This document shows positions 1-12,975 of a stretch of DNA of 33,679 nt, one piece after another. Numbering within the stretch: the stretch's first letter is position 1; the number at the start of each line of letters is the position of its first letter. Below the pieces are notes generated by a model. That model worked only from the letters and a program-made list of their open reading frames with translations, did not search any database and was not told the origin of the DNA. Made by a program: the position numbers and the translations under genes. This DNA comes from Vicugna vicugna (Eukaryota), in contig MU057865.1 in assembly GCA_013265495.1 (NCBI GenBank), positions 1,240,001-1,273,679 of the forward strand, in the 5' to 3' direction.

Positions 1-62
1 TACAGAATATGAGACGGGGTCTATGTTCAAGATATTTACAGTTTAGCTTGGGAACTCTTTCT

Positions 63-558
63 TTTTTTTTTTAACATTTTTTATTGATTTATAATCATTT
101 TATCATGTTTTTTCAAATTCCAGTGTTCAGCACCATTTTTCANNNNNNNNNNNNNNNNNNNNNNNNNNNNNNNNNNNNNNNNNNNNNNNNNNNNNNNNNN
201 NNNNNNNNNNNNNNNNNNNNNNNNNNNNNNNNNNNNNNNNNNNNNNNNNNNNNNNNNNNNNNNNNNNNNNNNNNNNNNNNNNNNNNNNNNNNNNNNNNNN
301 NNNNNNNNNNNNNNNNNNNNNNNNNNNNNNNNNNNNNNNNNNNNNNNNNNNNNNNNNNNNNNNNNNNNNNNNNNNNNNNNNNNNNNNNNNNNNNNNNNNN
401 NNNNNNNNNNNNNNNNNNNNNNNNNNNNNNNNNNNNNNNNNNNNNNNNNNNNNNNNNNNNNNNNNNNNNNNNNNNNNNNNNNNNNNNNNNNNNNNNNNNN
501 NNNNNGTTGGGGTGCTCATCCTGAAATAGGGTTCCTTCTGGATACAAGCCCAGGAGTA
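63..558 (-). mobile_element. Young 5'-truncated L1 (3' end), partly in an assembly gap
   Basis: Poly-T followed by 'aacattttttattgatttataatcatttt...aaattccagtgttcagcac', as in the copies at 27345 and 32186. 506-558 matches L1 sequence at about 31010-31070. Probable TSD ggaactctttct (51-62) / ggaactcgttct (559-570). Confidence 0.9.
143..505. other. Assembly gap (N run)
   Basis: Run of N inside a young L1 3' end. Confidence 1.
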
Positions 559-664
559 GGAACTCGTTCTGATGAGAAATGATAAATAACAATATATAAA
601 AATGAATTGAAGTGGATTTTAAAAAAAAAAAGATCAGATATCACCTCCCTTAAAACCCGGGCCA

Positions 665-1084
665 TTTCTGTAGCTACTTGTCCAAAAGAATGCAGCAGAA
701 GTGACCCTGTGCCAGCCTATGGGCTTGGCTTTTAAGAGGCAGGAAGGTTACCTTCCCCCTCTCAGTGCTTGAATCCGGAACCCAGCCATCTCTGTATGAG
801 GAAGCCCCAAATAGGCACATGTAGAAGCGAATCAAGGCTCCCAGCTGAAAGGTACCACTGACAACTGGGACCTGTTTGTCAGCCATGAGAGTGAGCCACC
901 TTAGAAACAGATTTCCAGCCCCAATCAGGTTGCCAGCACTGACACTGGTGGAGCACAGATGAGACACTGTCACAAAGCCTTGCTGAGATTACAGCTCCCT
1001 TAAAAAAAAAAAAAAAACTGACTATTTAAAATGTGAACTCATTAAATTTGGAGATGGCTCATCACGTAGAAAGAGGTAAGTACA
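665..1084 (+). mobile_element. MaLR solo LTR, MLT1G-like
   Basis: 'ggaacccagccatc..gaggaagccc', 'cagccatgagagtgagccaccttagaaacagatttccagcccca', and a 3' end 'ttaaatttggagatggctcatcacgtagaaagaggtaagtaca' resembling MLT1 LTRs. Confidence 0.75.
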
Positions 1085-1149
1085 AGTTCGGGTTTTGCTT
1101 GTTCTGCTGTCATTATTTCTCAATGTGTTTCTCTCTCTAAGCTCGCTTT

Positions 1150-1432
1150 GACTTCTCTCAAACCCAACTCCTCAGAGCGCTCTTCCCTGACAGCCCCACC
1201 CAAAGTCACACGCTGCTACCTAACTGTTCCCGCTACCTTTGCTTGGTTTTTTATCATAGCGTATACGTCTGCCTTAATTATTGTATGAATCTGTTTACTC
1301 TCCTCTACCTCGTTAGAATATAAGATGCTTGAGAAGAGGGACTTTCCTTTTGTTTATTGTTCTGTCCTCTCTTCCTAGATTAGTGCCTGGCATGTAGCCA
1401 ATGCTTAATAGCCACTTGTGAATAAATGGCTG
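1150..1432 (+). mobile_element. L2 3' end
   Basis: 'tagaatataagatgcttgagaagagggactt...tagtgcctggcatgtagccaatgcttaatag..tgaataaatg' is a typical L2 terminus. Confidence 0.85.
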
Positions 1433-1829
1433 GTAAGTAAGTGCAACGTGCCAGGGCGGCTCCGAGACGAAAGACATCATGGTGGATTCTCAGACGCAAC
1501 AAGAAGGAGGAGTTGTTGGTAAGCTGGGCTGGAAGCAAGAGAGGGAGTCAGAGGATGGAGATGGGGAGGAAGGGGGATACTAGATGGACTTTTAGTTGAG
1601 AGAGACAGAATGAATAATAGATCAAAAAAGAGAAAGTTCACAGAATGAGCTATTTGGAATGGAAAAATGACGTGTGGTCATGGGGAGTAACGTTTTTCTT
1701 TTACAATGAGGACCACTCACTTCTTTAGACAATCTCACACACAGTTCCATGGTTTGACAATTTGACATTGTGACCTTAGAGTGTAACTCTTTTGAATTAA
1801 TTGCAATTTCCAAAATAGGGAACTTTGCT

Positions 1830-1955
1830 CAAATGTGTGACTTTCTTGTCCTCATTTGAAAATAGAGTAAGGTCTTAAAATAATAAGAAACTTAAAGCAT
1901 TATTGTAATTGTTAGATGAAATAAATATGTAAGAATTTAACATAAAGTAGCCTCA
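1830..1955 (+). mobile_element. Degraded MIR fragment
   Basis: 'tgtgtgactt..tcctcatttgaaaatagag...tattgtaattgttagatgaaataaatatgtaag' resembles the MIR core and 3' part. Confidence 0.5.
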
Positions 1956-3129
1956 GTTCTCCTTTCTTAGAAATGTATTCAAGTTGAGTGTCACAATAGT
2001 ACTGCTGTGCACAAATATGAGGCCCTGATTTGGATTCTTATTTCTCATATGTCATCTTTCAAATCATATTTTAGTGTCTTAAGGGTAATAACCACGTCTC
2101 TTGCTTAATACCTCTCTATTACCTAATTCAGAATAGGTTCTAATTAAATATTATTTTCATCATCAATATATTATATGTGAATGGAATAAAAGCCTCATTT
2201 TCTTACATGCAGAAAATCATGTATTTGATCCTGATTGGAAATGTCAATCCAGCCAGCTCCTTTTTTCTCAAATCTTTATCTTTTTTAAAGAGTAAAATCA
2301 TTTTTGAGCCCAAATCCGACATCCCCATTGTTGACTCATAGTTGGGAAATAGTAAAATGAAGCAGCCAGATGGCCAAATCCAGGTGTGACAGAGAGATTT
2401 GGAAAGGTTCTGATCAGAATTCAGTGGAGGTCCTTCAAATTAGTTGGCTAGTACTTGGGAAATCTTCTAAAATCACTTCATATATATTTTTCCCCTTAAC
2501 TCTCTCTCTTTCTAAAGACCATCTCAATATTGGGTCAGATTATGCATATTAAGGGATCTGCAAAAGTCGTGCTAATTTAAGCCGCAAGCACGGTGCATTA
2601 CAAATGACCCGCACCAGTAAACCCTCTAAGTCTCTGTGTGTGTGACTCACCAAACTCCAGAAAATCAGGTCAGAAATTGCTCAGTTTAGCGATTCAGTGC
2701 CTGCAATGGAACAATAGCCATTTAGACAAAATGTTTAGTAGTATCATGAGACTACAACAGATCTGAAAGCTTGAGTCTTTTCCTCAATTTGCATCTAAAA
2801 TCTTTCTAAGAGAGGTAGTTGCTCTTGTTTTGTTTTGTTTTTTGTTTTCCTTTTTTTTGATGGATCATCAGAGAACACTCTACTTCCCATCCTTGGGTAA
2901 TGATGCATTATTTTGTCACCATGTTAGTTGTATATTCTCTCTTTCATTAATGCTATCAAAATAAGTATCATTAACTAGTGAGGACAAGGATACAGTCTGA
3001 ACTCTAGTCTTGGTCCTTGGCCACAGGACCCCAAAGCATCTTTACTGTCACAATTATTAAATATTTAACTAGCAGATACTGCATCCCTACCAGCTCCTCC
3101 AAGTTGCCTAGAGTTCAGTGGAGAAGATA

Positions 3130-3340
3130 AATGAGTACTGAAGCAAGTGCAATGTCAGGGTAAACAGAAGATAGGGATGAAAATAGTGTGAAAAAGGAGT
3201 CTAGAGGAAGACGCCTAATAGAAGCTCGGACTTTAGAGAGTGAATTTAAGATAAAATGCCAACCAAAGTGAACCTTGGGGGATGAATAGGAGATAAGAGA
3301 GAGGTAACTGGCATATAGTCTGCCCAAAGAGATGAGCAGG
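3130..3340 (-). mobile_element. Degraded L2 fragment
   Basis: Purine-rich stretch resembling antisense L2 body. Confidence 0.4.
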
Positions 3341-3419
3341 TACAGAGGAAAATAGAAGTACCTAACTACTCTCTTTTCCTACCTCGATTTTGATGAGGTT
3401 CAAATTCCTTAAAGGTTAT

Positions 3420-4001
3420 TACCAGAAAATTATTTGTCTATTCACAACACTTTTGACACCAAAGGTGCAGGTTTTCCACAGCAAGTAATTGTCCAGTTCT
3501 TGTGGATATCAACTGGGTGTCCAAATGGAAGAGGTCCAGAGCTGACCTGAACACAAGAACTTCTGTCCCCTTGGAGTTCGAGGTGCACACAGATACATTC
3601 ACCAACCTGCAAGCTTTCAGAACCTCTTTATTTAAAGTTTTTGTGGCGGTTCCATTGCACAGTCACAATAAGTTGATCATTTGGCCATTGGTATGATTAA
3701 TTCGGTCCTTAGTCCCTCTCGGCTCCTAGGAGGTCAAGGAGGAGCGCTGAAAACTCCAATCCTCTAATCATATAGTTGGTTGCTCTCGCAAGCAGCCCTC
3801 ATCCTAAATCTTATCTAGGGGCCCACCAAAAGTCACCTTATTGACATAAACTCAAAGTATGGCTGAAAAGTCTTCATTATTTGTAGTAACACATGCTCCC
3901 CTCACCCCTAGCGCTCAGAACCTTACAAGGATGTTAGAAGTTCTGTGCCAGAAACCAGGGAGAAAAAAATATGGATATATATTTCTTGTTATAATATCAC
4001 A
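3420..4001 (-). mobile_element. MER21 (MER21C-like) ERVL-class solo LTR, internally deleted
   Basis: The reverse complement begins TGTGATATTATAACAAGAAATATATAT...CCCTGGTTTCTGGCACAGAACTTCT, like MER21. The other end has 'tcacaacacttttgacaccaaa'. Confidence 0.85.
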
Positions 4002-4214
4002 GGAACCCAACCCTGAAAAAGAGAGTAAACCATGTGAAATGAATGTGCACTTGTTTTAGAAAACATATTTGATATTGGGAAATCAAATCCTACAGGACAT
4101 TGTCACTGAATTGGCATGGCTGGGCCTTAATTCCATACCCTCCATGGAGAGAGGTACATGGGACGATTTAATTCCTACACTCAGGAATAAATCTTCTGCT
4201 TCTGTACGTAGAGG

Positions 4215-4308
4215 CCACTCTCAAGAGTCAACAGGAGAAAGTTCAGATCAACTGATATATATGAAAGTGCTTAAAATGCCACACAGGGTGAAATGAAAGA
4301 TTATTATC
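4215..4308 (+). mobile_element. MIR 3' fragment
   Basis: 'tgatatatatgaaagtgcttaaaatgccacacag..gaaatgaaagattattat'. Confidence 0.5.
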
Positions 4309-4659
4309 TTTGGGAAAGCCATATTTTGCATATAGACACAGACTCAGGTTGAGCAAGTCCTCATATTTCCAAACAGGAGTTGTTTGGTTCCACTGACATT
4401 TAGGACATGGGGTTCAATGGTAGGCATCTGCTCATCTCTCATCTAAGACACCGACAGAGGCATTAACAAATACTTAAGACTGTTCATGTAAATAATATGA
4501 TTTCCTGACTTTGTGAATCATAGAAGAAGCATGGATTAGAACGATGACTAGGAGAGGGAGAGAGGTTTATTGCATTAATTACATCAAAGTAGGCTGGATC
4601 TGTTCTTGTTTGTGCTCTTAATCAGGCTGGAAAGATCAGTGATCTTTGAAAAGCATCCT

Positions 4660-5545
4660 TCCAGGCAGCCAACTGCGTATTTGCTTCCTGCCACTACAGG
4701 TTAATTTACATTTTCTAGAGTTTTATAGCAACATAATACCACATTATTCTTTTTTTTCCCCTGGCTTCTTTCATTCAGCATTTTCATTCTAAGTTACGTT
4801 TGAGCTGCTGTGTATATCAAGAGTTTGTTTATTTTTATTGCTGATTAGAATTACATGGATATGCCAAAATGTGTTTATTCATTCACCTTTTGAAAGACAT
4901 TTGAGTTCTTTCCAGTTTTGAGCTATTACAAATAAAGCTTCTATGATTATTTATGGACAAGTATTTTTATGAATGTATGCTTTCTTTTCTCTTAGTTAAA
5001 TATCTAAGGATGGAATGGTTGGATCATGTGGTAGGTAAATATTTAACTTTTTAAGAATCTGTCAGAGGGTTTTTCAAAGTGGATACAGCATTTGACATTT
5101 TCATCAGCTGTGTACGAGACCTCCAGTTTCTCCACATCCTCACCAAACTTGGAATAGTCAGCTTTGTATATTTTTGCCATTCTGATGGGTGTGTAGCTAT
5201 ATCTCATCATGGTTTTAATTTACATTCCCCCAGTGACTAATGATGTTAATCATTTTCTTCTGTGCTTATCTGCCAGAAATATGTGTTCTCTGGTAAAATA
5301 TTGGTTCAAATATTTTGCCCATTTAAAAAATTGTGTTGTTTTCTTACTATTGAGTTTTAAGAATTATCGATATACGTACATTTATATTTATACATTATGA
5401 TCTTTGAGGCTGTGAGTAGCTTTTTTATTTTTTAGCAGTAGTTTCTGAAAACACATAGTTAATATTTTGTGTGCGATGTGAGGTATGGATTCGTGTTGTT
5501 ATTTTGCTGATGGATATTCAATTATTCTCGCACCATTTGTTAATC
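4660..5545 (-). mobile_element. Old L1 (L1MD/L1MC-like) 3' region
   Basis: 'ctggcttctttcattcagcat', 'gacatttgagttctttccagttttgagctattacaaataaagct', 'tctccacatcctcaccaa', 'tggatattcaattattctcgcaccatttgtt'. Confidence 0.9.
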
Positions 5546-6396
5546 TTGGGTTTTTTAAGAGGTAAAATGAAAGTTTCAATTTCACCAAATAAAAATTGTC
5601 AAGTTCCATTACCATTATATTTTAATGGTAGTGCATAAAATACTCTTATAACTGTTTTCTGAAGCAACCAGTTAAATTGGAGATATATAACTTAGATGTA
5701 TAAAGCTTGCGCTTTTCTGGTGTTATTCTAAAGTTAACCACTGTTAATTTCATTCATAAGAAAATGTCTGTGTGTTTCCAGAGATAAGAATTAGAATTTA
5801 AAAAATACGTTATATTTATTGTACTAAAAAAATCAGCACAATATTGAGAACAAGGGTATGCTCACACGACTGCTTTTGAACTGCTAGGATTTTGTGGTTT
5901 TCATGTATGAGGTCTGAGTCTCCTCTCTTTGTCCTCATGGTCAAGATATCAATTGCCAATTCTAAAATGCTTCATCATACCGATGTTTAGCAGTTGCCTG
6001 AATTATATTTCTAGTTTGGGATTTCATGTCTTCAAGAGCTAAATAGTAAATAACATATGCAAATTTCAAGTCAGTAGCATTTAAGAGACAATATAAATCT
6101 TTAATAAAGAGATTGCATTGTGGCTATATTAAAAGGTTATTTTTTAAATTTTTCTGTTTTCCCAGAAGAATTCAAATTGGTAATCTGCCCAAACCTTGAT
6201 GTCTGGGGAAAAGGAGTGATATTTTCTTACTTGTATGTAACACTTTTTATTCTATAAAACAATTACTCATGTTAATGCAATTCAATGAACATTACTGTAT
6301 ATCATCCTGTTTAATTTTCCCTCCACTCTGAGTGAGACACAGAGCAATCACTATGTAACTCAGTCTTCAACCACATTGAAACTATGAAAAACAAAG

Positions 6397-7250
6397 TGCA
6401 GCATTATTTGTGGAATTAGGGAGTCGGAAGCAACCTAGGTGCCCATCGCTAAGGGAATGAACTGGTAAAATGTGATGAATGCAAAAGAATCAAGAAACTA
6501 GAGCAGGCGTTGTCAACCTTGAGTAAGAAATCAAATAGGATTCAGAGAGCTGATGTATTTATATGGGGGAAAAATTTGTCTTCATATTCATAACTCTGTA
6601 ACTGGCATTTAGCATTTCATTTAATTAAGAATGGAGACAACAGACCACGGTACTGTTAGTGGTATCTTGACTTTGTCGCTAACAGAAGTCACATTTATTT
6701 TTAAATTACATTAAACTTGTTTCGGACATCTCGAAGCATTTCATATGCTAGTCACCGTAATGGAATGATGGCAGGTATGAAAGTGGCTACTGGATTGTAT
6801 TATTTAATGTGTTAATATGTAAGCACATATATTGCTACGCCACACATTTGCTGTTTTAGTATTTTGATAAGTGTGTTTCAGAATAGTTGGTTTATTTTGG
6901 AATCCACCGTGCATGGGTATAGCGACCACAAACATCAAAGACATTATGGTCCGTAAGGTTCCATAAAAGATCATTCTGGGGAGTCTAGACTGCCAAAGGG
7001 TCTCCGGAACAAAAAAAAGTTTGGAAACTCCTAAAATGCAGTTATGTACAGGCTCAAGGGTAGATGGTAATATACCGTGTCAATTACTAAAGCACAAATT
7101 AGCGTGAGATTTGATGCATGATACCACTTATGTTTATTGAAAAATCAAAGTAACGCTCTGTTTTTAAAAAAACACATGCGCACAGACCTACCTGAACACA
7201 CCATGGAGGAACGTGAAACGTATGCCTGTGCGCATGAGGGAGGGATTTAG
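6397..7250 (+). mobile_element. L1ME-type 3' end interrupted by Charlie4a
   Basis: 'gcagcattatttgt..ggaagcaacctaggtgcccatc..gggaatga' (6397-6502). It resumes after 7032 with 'gataccacttatgtttattgaaaa...cctatg-like..gggagggat'. Confidence 0.65.
6503..7032 (-). mobile_element. Charlie4a hAT-Charlie non-autonomous DNA transposon
   Basis: Termini 'caggcgttgtcaacct' and 'agtttggaaactcct'. Internal 'ggcatttagcatttc', 'gactttgtcgctaacagaagtcac' and 'agactgccaaagggtc' match the recalled Charlie4a consensus. The left flank is an 'actagag' Charlie-type target. Confidence 0.85.
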
Positions 7251-8209
7251 GCAGACGAGATAAAAGCTGTAAAATAAAGACCTTGTAAAGACAGTGATGA
7301 TCGGGACCTGCGTATGAGGGCCAAAAAGGGAAAAATGAAATTAGGAAAACTGGGAAAATGGTTCCAGACCCACAACCTCTGAGAGAATCCCTAAGAGAGA
7401 ATCTTTTATCTCTGGATTCATAGCTGTCAGAAATTTGACTTATGTCAAATTAAAAATAAAAATTCATTTTTTCTCTCTCCCTCCAACAGGGAGGGGTTTA
7501 ACACATGCATTCATTCTCTCAGAGTTTTGTATTTCTCCTCTCATCAACAAGAGCCAAGAATTTTTTTTTTCCTTTCCCCACTTGTGGTTTTATTACCCCT
7601 TCAAAGTTCACAGCAACCCCTTTTCTAAAATATGTGAGGCTTGTCTACCTGGCACAATTGGCTTTTTAACAGCTCCTTACACACACAAAATTGTTGATCC
7701 ATCAGTATGCCTCTACATCGAACCCAAATGTAAATGTACCTTATTTCTCTATCAGAGATCACATTCTGAATTCGACTTATATCCCTAACAGCACTTCGTT
7801 GTTTCAATCCAGACCGCATAACACAGTGCCACAAAAGACTTGCTAGTTAAATCTATTTTAAGATTCTTTGTCAGCTGATGAGACAATTTCCCCCGCATAA
7901 AAGTGGGTTTATTTATACAGCTCTAGCCATGCAAAAGCCATCTAAGCTCTTCCACACCCGACAAAGTTCTTTCAGTGGACTTGAATGAGTCTACTCTCTT
8001 CTCATCACTTACCAGAAATAGATCCTTTCTCGTGTGAATTCACGAACTTGACCAATGTCAAGATCTCTTGGGTTGTCTTCTTCACCTACTAGGTTGGTGG
8101 CCACTTTTGTCCTTCACCAGGCTGGTTGCTCTGCTTCTGAGTGCTTGCCTACCTGATGGGGAAGAAAGAGAATCTATAAGAAAATGTTTCATCCTCATCT
8201 ATATAAAAA

Positions 8210-8330
8210 TTCACTCCCTTTAATCCTCCAGAATTTAAGTGCCATGAGGGCAGAGTTTTTACTCTCTGTTCTCTTATGTAGCCCCATTGGTGGATCCTCA
8301 ATAAATATTTGCTGAAGTAATTGAATGAGC
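8210..8330 (+). mobile_element. L2 3' end
   Basis: 'ccagaatttaagtgccatgagggcagag...ctcaataaatatttgctgaagtaattgaatga'. Confidence 0.8.
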
Positions 8331-10138
8331 AATAAAGGGGAAAATAAAGTGAAAAAAATATATGTATGTTTGGATGTTCTTGTAACGATCATCAACCTTC
8401 AGACTTGAGGTGGGATGCCAGATGCAAAAGCTGTTATCTGAGCACGTAACCCTGGTAACAGTGATTTTCTTCTTTATGCCTGTATCTATTATTTCCAATT
8501 TCCCACGTTGGGGCTTCCCATATGATTTTCTACTAAAAAGCAAAAAAAAAAAAAAAGTTTGCTCTTTCTTTCAGTAGTTACCTTGCTTACATCCTAGAAA
8601 TTTTTAATAAAACATGGTCATTACTTTTAAAATGTATTCAGGAGCTGATGAAAGCAGAATAACATTACCGTCTCTGTAATACGTTCTAATTCTTTAGGAA
8701 AAAAAATATGACTTGCTATTTTAAATCATACATTGTATAATGCTTATTTTTAAAATATCCATTAATTCTAGTGAGAAAAGATGCAAATCTTCAATTTATT
8801 CGTCTGTCACTCATGCCTTTAGTTCATTTTCAAACTCATGCTGAGATATTGATACCCTAGATTTGCATAATCACTCATTTCCAAAATGTTTCCCTGTGTA
8901 GTAACTGAAGCTAAAAAAGAGATCTCTTCACTAGTTTTCATTATACACGAAAATCCAGACTTTGATCTTCCCAGTAACTGTATTAGTTTGACAAGTTTTG
9001 TGCCTTAAAAAGTGGCCACCTTCCCCACCACTAACATTCTCTCCAGCATGTGTCTTAGGTAGCGTGCTTGGCTAGCCAACTGTTGTGTTCAAAACCGTAT
9101 GAGCTCTATAAAGACAAATTGCGTGCAAATAATCTATGGGGGCCTTTGAAGAAGATAAATCTACACGTGGTTAAGGACCAACAAGACACGTCATCTATTT
9201 TAATTCTGAAAGAATTTATGACAGCGTTGTATCCAGTTCATCACAAAGAAGGAGAAAGGATGAGACTAGAAAACAAACGTGTATGTTCTAACAGAGCCAG
9301 GGGAAAATTAAATTGGGAAAAGTGAATGAAAAATTTTGGTTGTTAAGAGGGATGAGGACAGTGGCTAGAGACCAGTTTTATCAGGTCAGCCCGTTGCTTG
9401 ACATTCTTTAAACTTTATCACTTCCCAGATTGGAAAGGTGACTTTCTAATTAGCTCCTTTTTCACGAGCCAAGGCTCGGTCCCTCTAAACAATCTTCAGG
9501 TAACGACCATATCCCCACTTTGATCAACTTTAGGGAAATTGCAGAGCCAAATATTAAACAGGTGCTTATGAAGTTGCTCCCAACCGCCTGTTCTCTTGAT
9601 CTCTGCCTGACCCAGGTAACAAAGACCAGTGTTCTTCAATTAGTGAGAGTGATATCAAATATAGTCAGCTCCTAATTGAAACTGGACACTTTCTCCCCGC
9701 AATCTCACCATCTTATTTTCTCAAATGAATCTTCGGTGTATTTTTATGTCTCAGTGAGCAATTACTAAGAAACTGTAACTCGGCCCTGAAAACTGTATGT
9801 ATAACATTGATTGTGACAAGAGGGCCTACAATCTTCCCTCAACTTGATTTGAATATGTATTTAATTTGTTTATCGTTACCTGCCTTGGGGCTAAAGCAAT
9901 TGTCTGCATAGATCTGTTAGAGTATTTTCCTTACGTAAAATTAAAAAAAAAATTTCATTGACGTCCATAACAACCTCCCAAGTGCTCGGCTGAAAAAGAA
10001 TTCCAGATCCCAGATCCTGCTTCAGAATTGTGGAGTGAGGATCTGCAAGGATGGAGCCTAGCTGTTCACAGTTTTAACAAGTTCACCATGTGCTTCAGAT
10101 GTAGACCAATGCCTGAGAACCACAGGGATGAACTGACA

Positions 10139-10356
10139 CAGTTGACCGTTGAACATGGAGCATCAACCCTCTACCGGTGGAAAATCCCCATATGACTTTA
10201 TAGTTGGTCCTCCAGCCCCTCCGTATCCCTGGTTCTGTGTCCTTGGGATTCAAGCGATCCAGGATCATGTAGTATTGTAGTATGTATTCAGTGAAAGAAA
10301 TCCACAGATAAGTGGACTTGCGGAGTTCAAAACCCATGTTGATAAAGGGTTGACAA
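10139..10356 (+). mobile_element. Tigger2-derived MITE (Tigger2a/MER8-like, about 220 bp)
   Basis: Terminal inverted repeats cagttgaccgttgaaca / tgttgataaagggttgac. Internal 'aaatccacagataagtggacttgcggagttcaaaacccatgttg'. Confidence 0.85.
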
Positions 10357-10559
10357 CATTTAGAGGATGTTGACTTGGAACAAAGCGTCACAACCTGGGG
10401 CTGCGGATCTGCTTCTGTCGTGTGGAAATAGGACTGCTTCCTAACAAAGAGGAATCCCATAAAAAGTAGGTGAAAAGCGGGCAGATGAAAATCTGCTTAG
10501 ATAAGCAAAGGGAGGAGAATTACTCCTTGCTTGCTTTCTATGCACATCTCAAAATAGTC

Positions 10560-10665
10560 CCAGTCTTTCACTCATTCTTAAAAACATACCGAGCATCTGT
10601 TATTGGCCAGGAATATGTGTATGTTGGGGCAGCGTTGGGAACAAGAAGAATGCCATCTTCATATT
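10560..10665 (-). mobile_element. L2 3' end fragment
   Basis: 'tcactcattcttaaaaacataccgagcatctgttattggccagg'. Confidence 0.6.
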
Positions 10666-10674
10666 ATGGGGATA

Positions 10675-10895
10675 AAATGTTGCAGCAGTTAAGGGTGCAA
10701 GTTCCGGAGTCTGACATCCTGCATTTGAAACCTGGCTCTGCTGTATAGCAACTGGGGTAGGTTCTTTTTCTGGTCTAAGCAACTTACTGCTTTTTCATCT
10801 AGGAAATGGGACTATCGGTACATATTTTAAAAGGCTGGCACAATGATTAAATGCTTGGCTCATGCATATTGCTCAGTATATGATTATTTATTGAT
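10675..10895 (+). mobile_element. MIR SINE
   Basis: 'gcagttaagggtgcaagttccggagtctgacatcctgcatttgaaacctggctctgc...tttcatctaggaaatggg'. Confidence 0.8.
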
Positions 10896-11204
10896 AAATA
10901 GAAGACGCTATTCTTTCACATAACATCTTTTATTTTGGGTCATTTCCTTTCTGAGATTGAACTTTTTTAGGTCTAGTGCTTTACTTTTTATTTCCAAGCA
11001 TTGTCTCCTAGGCTTGCCATGCAAGGAAACATATTTTTTAAGAAATGTTCTCTCTTTAAGAGTAGGTAATACTTCTTGATATTTGTCCCACAGCTACTGA
11101 AGAGCTGAATGTTCAAAGCAGTATGTGCTCATTAAATACATATGAAGCTGAATGATGTTACAAAGTTTAAAAATTATACATAGAAGACATGTGTATCTGT
11201 GTGT

Positions 11205-11710
11205 CTGTATGTATGTTACTGGTGTGTAACAAATTGTCTCACAATTGAGCGGCTTAAAATAACACACACATTTATTATCTCGTTGTTTCTGGGGGTTAGG
11301 AATCTAAACCAGGTCCTCTGGTTTAGGGTCAATCATGAGGTCATATTCAAGGTCTGATGAGGCTACAGATTCATCTGAAGGCCAGCTGGGGAAGGACTAA
11401 TTTGTAAGCTCACTCACGTGGCTGTTGGCAGGATTCATTTCCTCCCAGACTATTGGACAGAGGGCTTCAGTCCCTTGCTGTTATGGTTCAGAAGGTGCTC
11501 TGAGTCCCTTACCATCAGGACAGGCCAGTGAGAAAAGCCAGAGAGAGAGAGTACTAGCAATATGAAAGTCAGTGTCTTGTGTACACTAATGATAAACATG
11601 TGCTTTATTCTAAGCAAATGTCCAGACAATAGGCAAGGGGAGGTGATTATACAAGGGTGTGAATGCCAGGAACTGGCACTGGGAGCCATGTGAGAAGTTA
11701 TCTACCACTA
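11205..11710 (-). mobile_element. MaLR solo LTR, MLT1F-like
   Basis: 'tgtgtaacaaattgtctcacaattgagcggcttaaaataacac', 'aagctcactcacgtggctgttggcaggattcatttcct', 'acaagggtgtgaatgccagg..ctaccac'. Confidence 0.85.
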
Positions 11711-11777
11711 TGTATATTGGTGAGGCCTATTAACACTTTAAGTAACCTGGGAGTGCTTCACAGTCTATTTTTCTAAA

Positions 11778-11920
11778 GCATTCTCAAACTCTAGCCTGCA
11801 TTCAGAATCACCTGGAACCATCGTCAGAGTGTCTGATTAAGCAGTTCTGGTGTGAGACTTCATAATAAGTCTTCAGGTGATGCTGTCAGTGTTGGTTTGG
11901 GACCCAACTTTGAGACACTC
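11778..11920. mobile_element. MER5A-like hAT MITE
   Basis: 'ttctcaaactctagcctgcattcagaatcacctgga...caggtgatgctg...ggacccaactttgaga'. Confidence 0.8.
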
Positions 11921-12024
11921 TCTTTTAATGCTCATGTCATGTCTTACTGCTCCTCCTTTTTCCTGCTGGGAGAGCTGACATCTGCTGTTACCTGTTGCCA
12001 TTTCTAAAAGAAGACATTAAGAAG

Positions 12025-12072
12025 GTTTTTGTTTCTTGTTTTGTTTTGTTTTTTGTTTTTGTTATTGTTTTT
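12025..12072. repeat. Imperfect (TTTTG)n simple repeat
   Basis: Seen directly in the sequence. Confidence 0.8.
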
Positions 12073-12975
12073 GCTAGGAGTTGTTTTCTTTACTACCTCC
12101 TTTACATTTGGGTAAATAAATGGAGACCCGGGATTACCCAGCATGCTGAAAAATCATAGTCAAACCTTGTCTAGATTTCTTAGAAGAGTGATGAATATTG
12201 AAGAACAGAGGATAATGAGAGACAGAAAAGGAGAACCATTGAGTGACCTAGTAAAATCGTTCTTTTCTTGTCCATTGAGTTCTTCACCTCCATGTAAAAC
12301 AAAAAAAAAAAAAAAAAGAGAGAGAAAAACCTCAAAGACCAATTAACACCCTGGAAAGCACTTCGGAATTGCTTTCTAAACTTGCTGTAATGAAAACAAA
12401 TGGACATTGTGATTAAATAGATATCATTAGTATGACATGTTATGATCTCAACCCCTGGTTTAATGATCTAATTAAGACCGAGAAAAATTCATTATGGACT
12501 CTCAGATCAAATAATTCATTTTACAGAGCCAAAGAAAAAAAGTATCTGTTTGTTCAGGGGAGGAAGACTGTCCCAGATGAATGAAGAAAAGAAGTTCAAC
12601 CCTGAGAAGTTTATAACTATCTTTATCTCAAAGAGGGAAAACATACAGGCAAACAAGTTATATGGAAAGTGCAAACTACGGGGGGGAAGAGGGTCTAGGT
12701 CCTGGAGGTACTTTTGCCTCTAGCCTTTCTTTGCTCTATTTCACGTCAATTTATGAATTACAAAAGGAGAGAACTGGGAGATAAGGTGGATGAACTTGGA
12801 TTACCAAAATCCCATAGCTTTGGGAGGGTGGGGTGTGAGTGTTATTATGTCAAGGGAGTTAAGGCAAAGCAGGAAGTCCAAAAGCTTCCCAACGAATATA
12901 AGAAAAGGCAAGTTGCATATGGAGGTCAGGAGACGCAGTGGTCAGAAACTGGGGGAATAACAGCTTGGGGGGAAC

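Noticed and set aside
84..592. Long ORFs in the track at 84-592, 30364-30833 and 32094-32474
   Set aside because: Artefacts of N runs translated as X, within L1 3' ends.
9485..9625. Two 'caggtaac' splice-donor-like sites
   Set aside because: No paired strong acceptor or coding-like frame; such motifs are frequent by chance.
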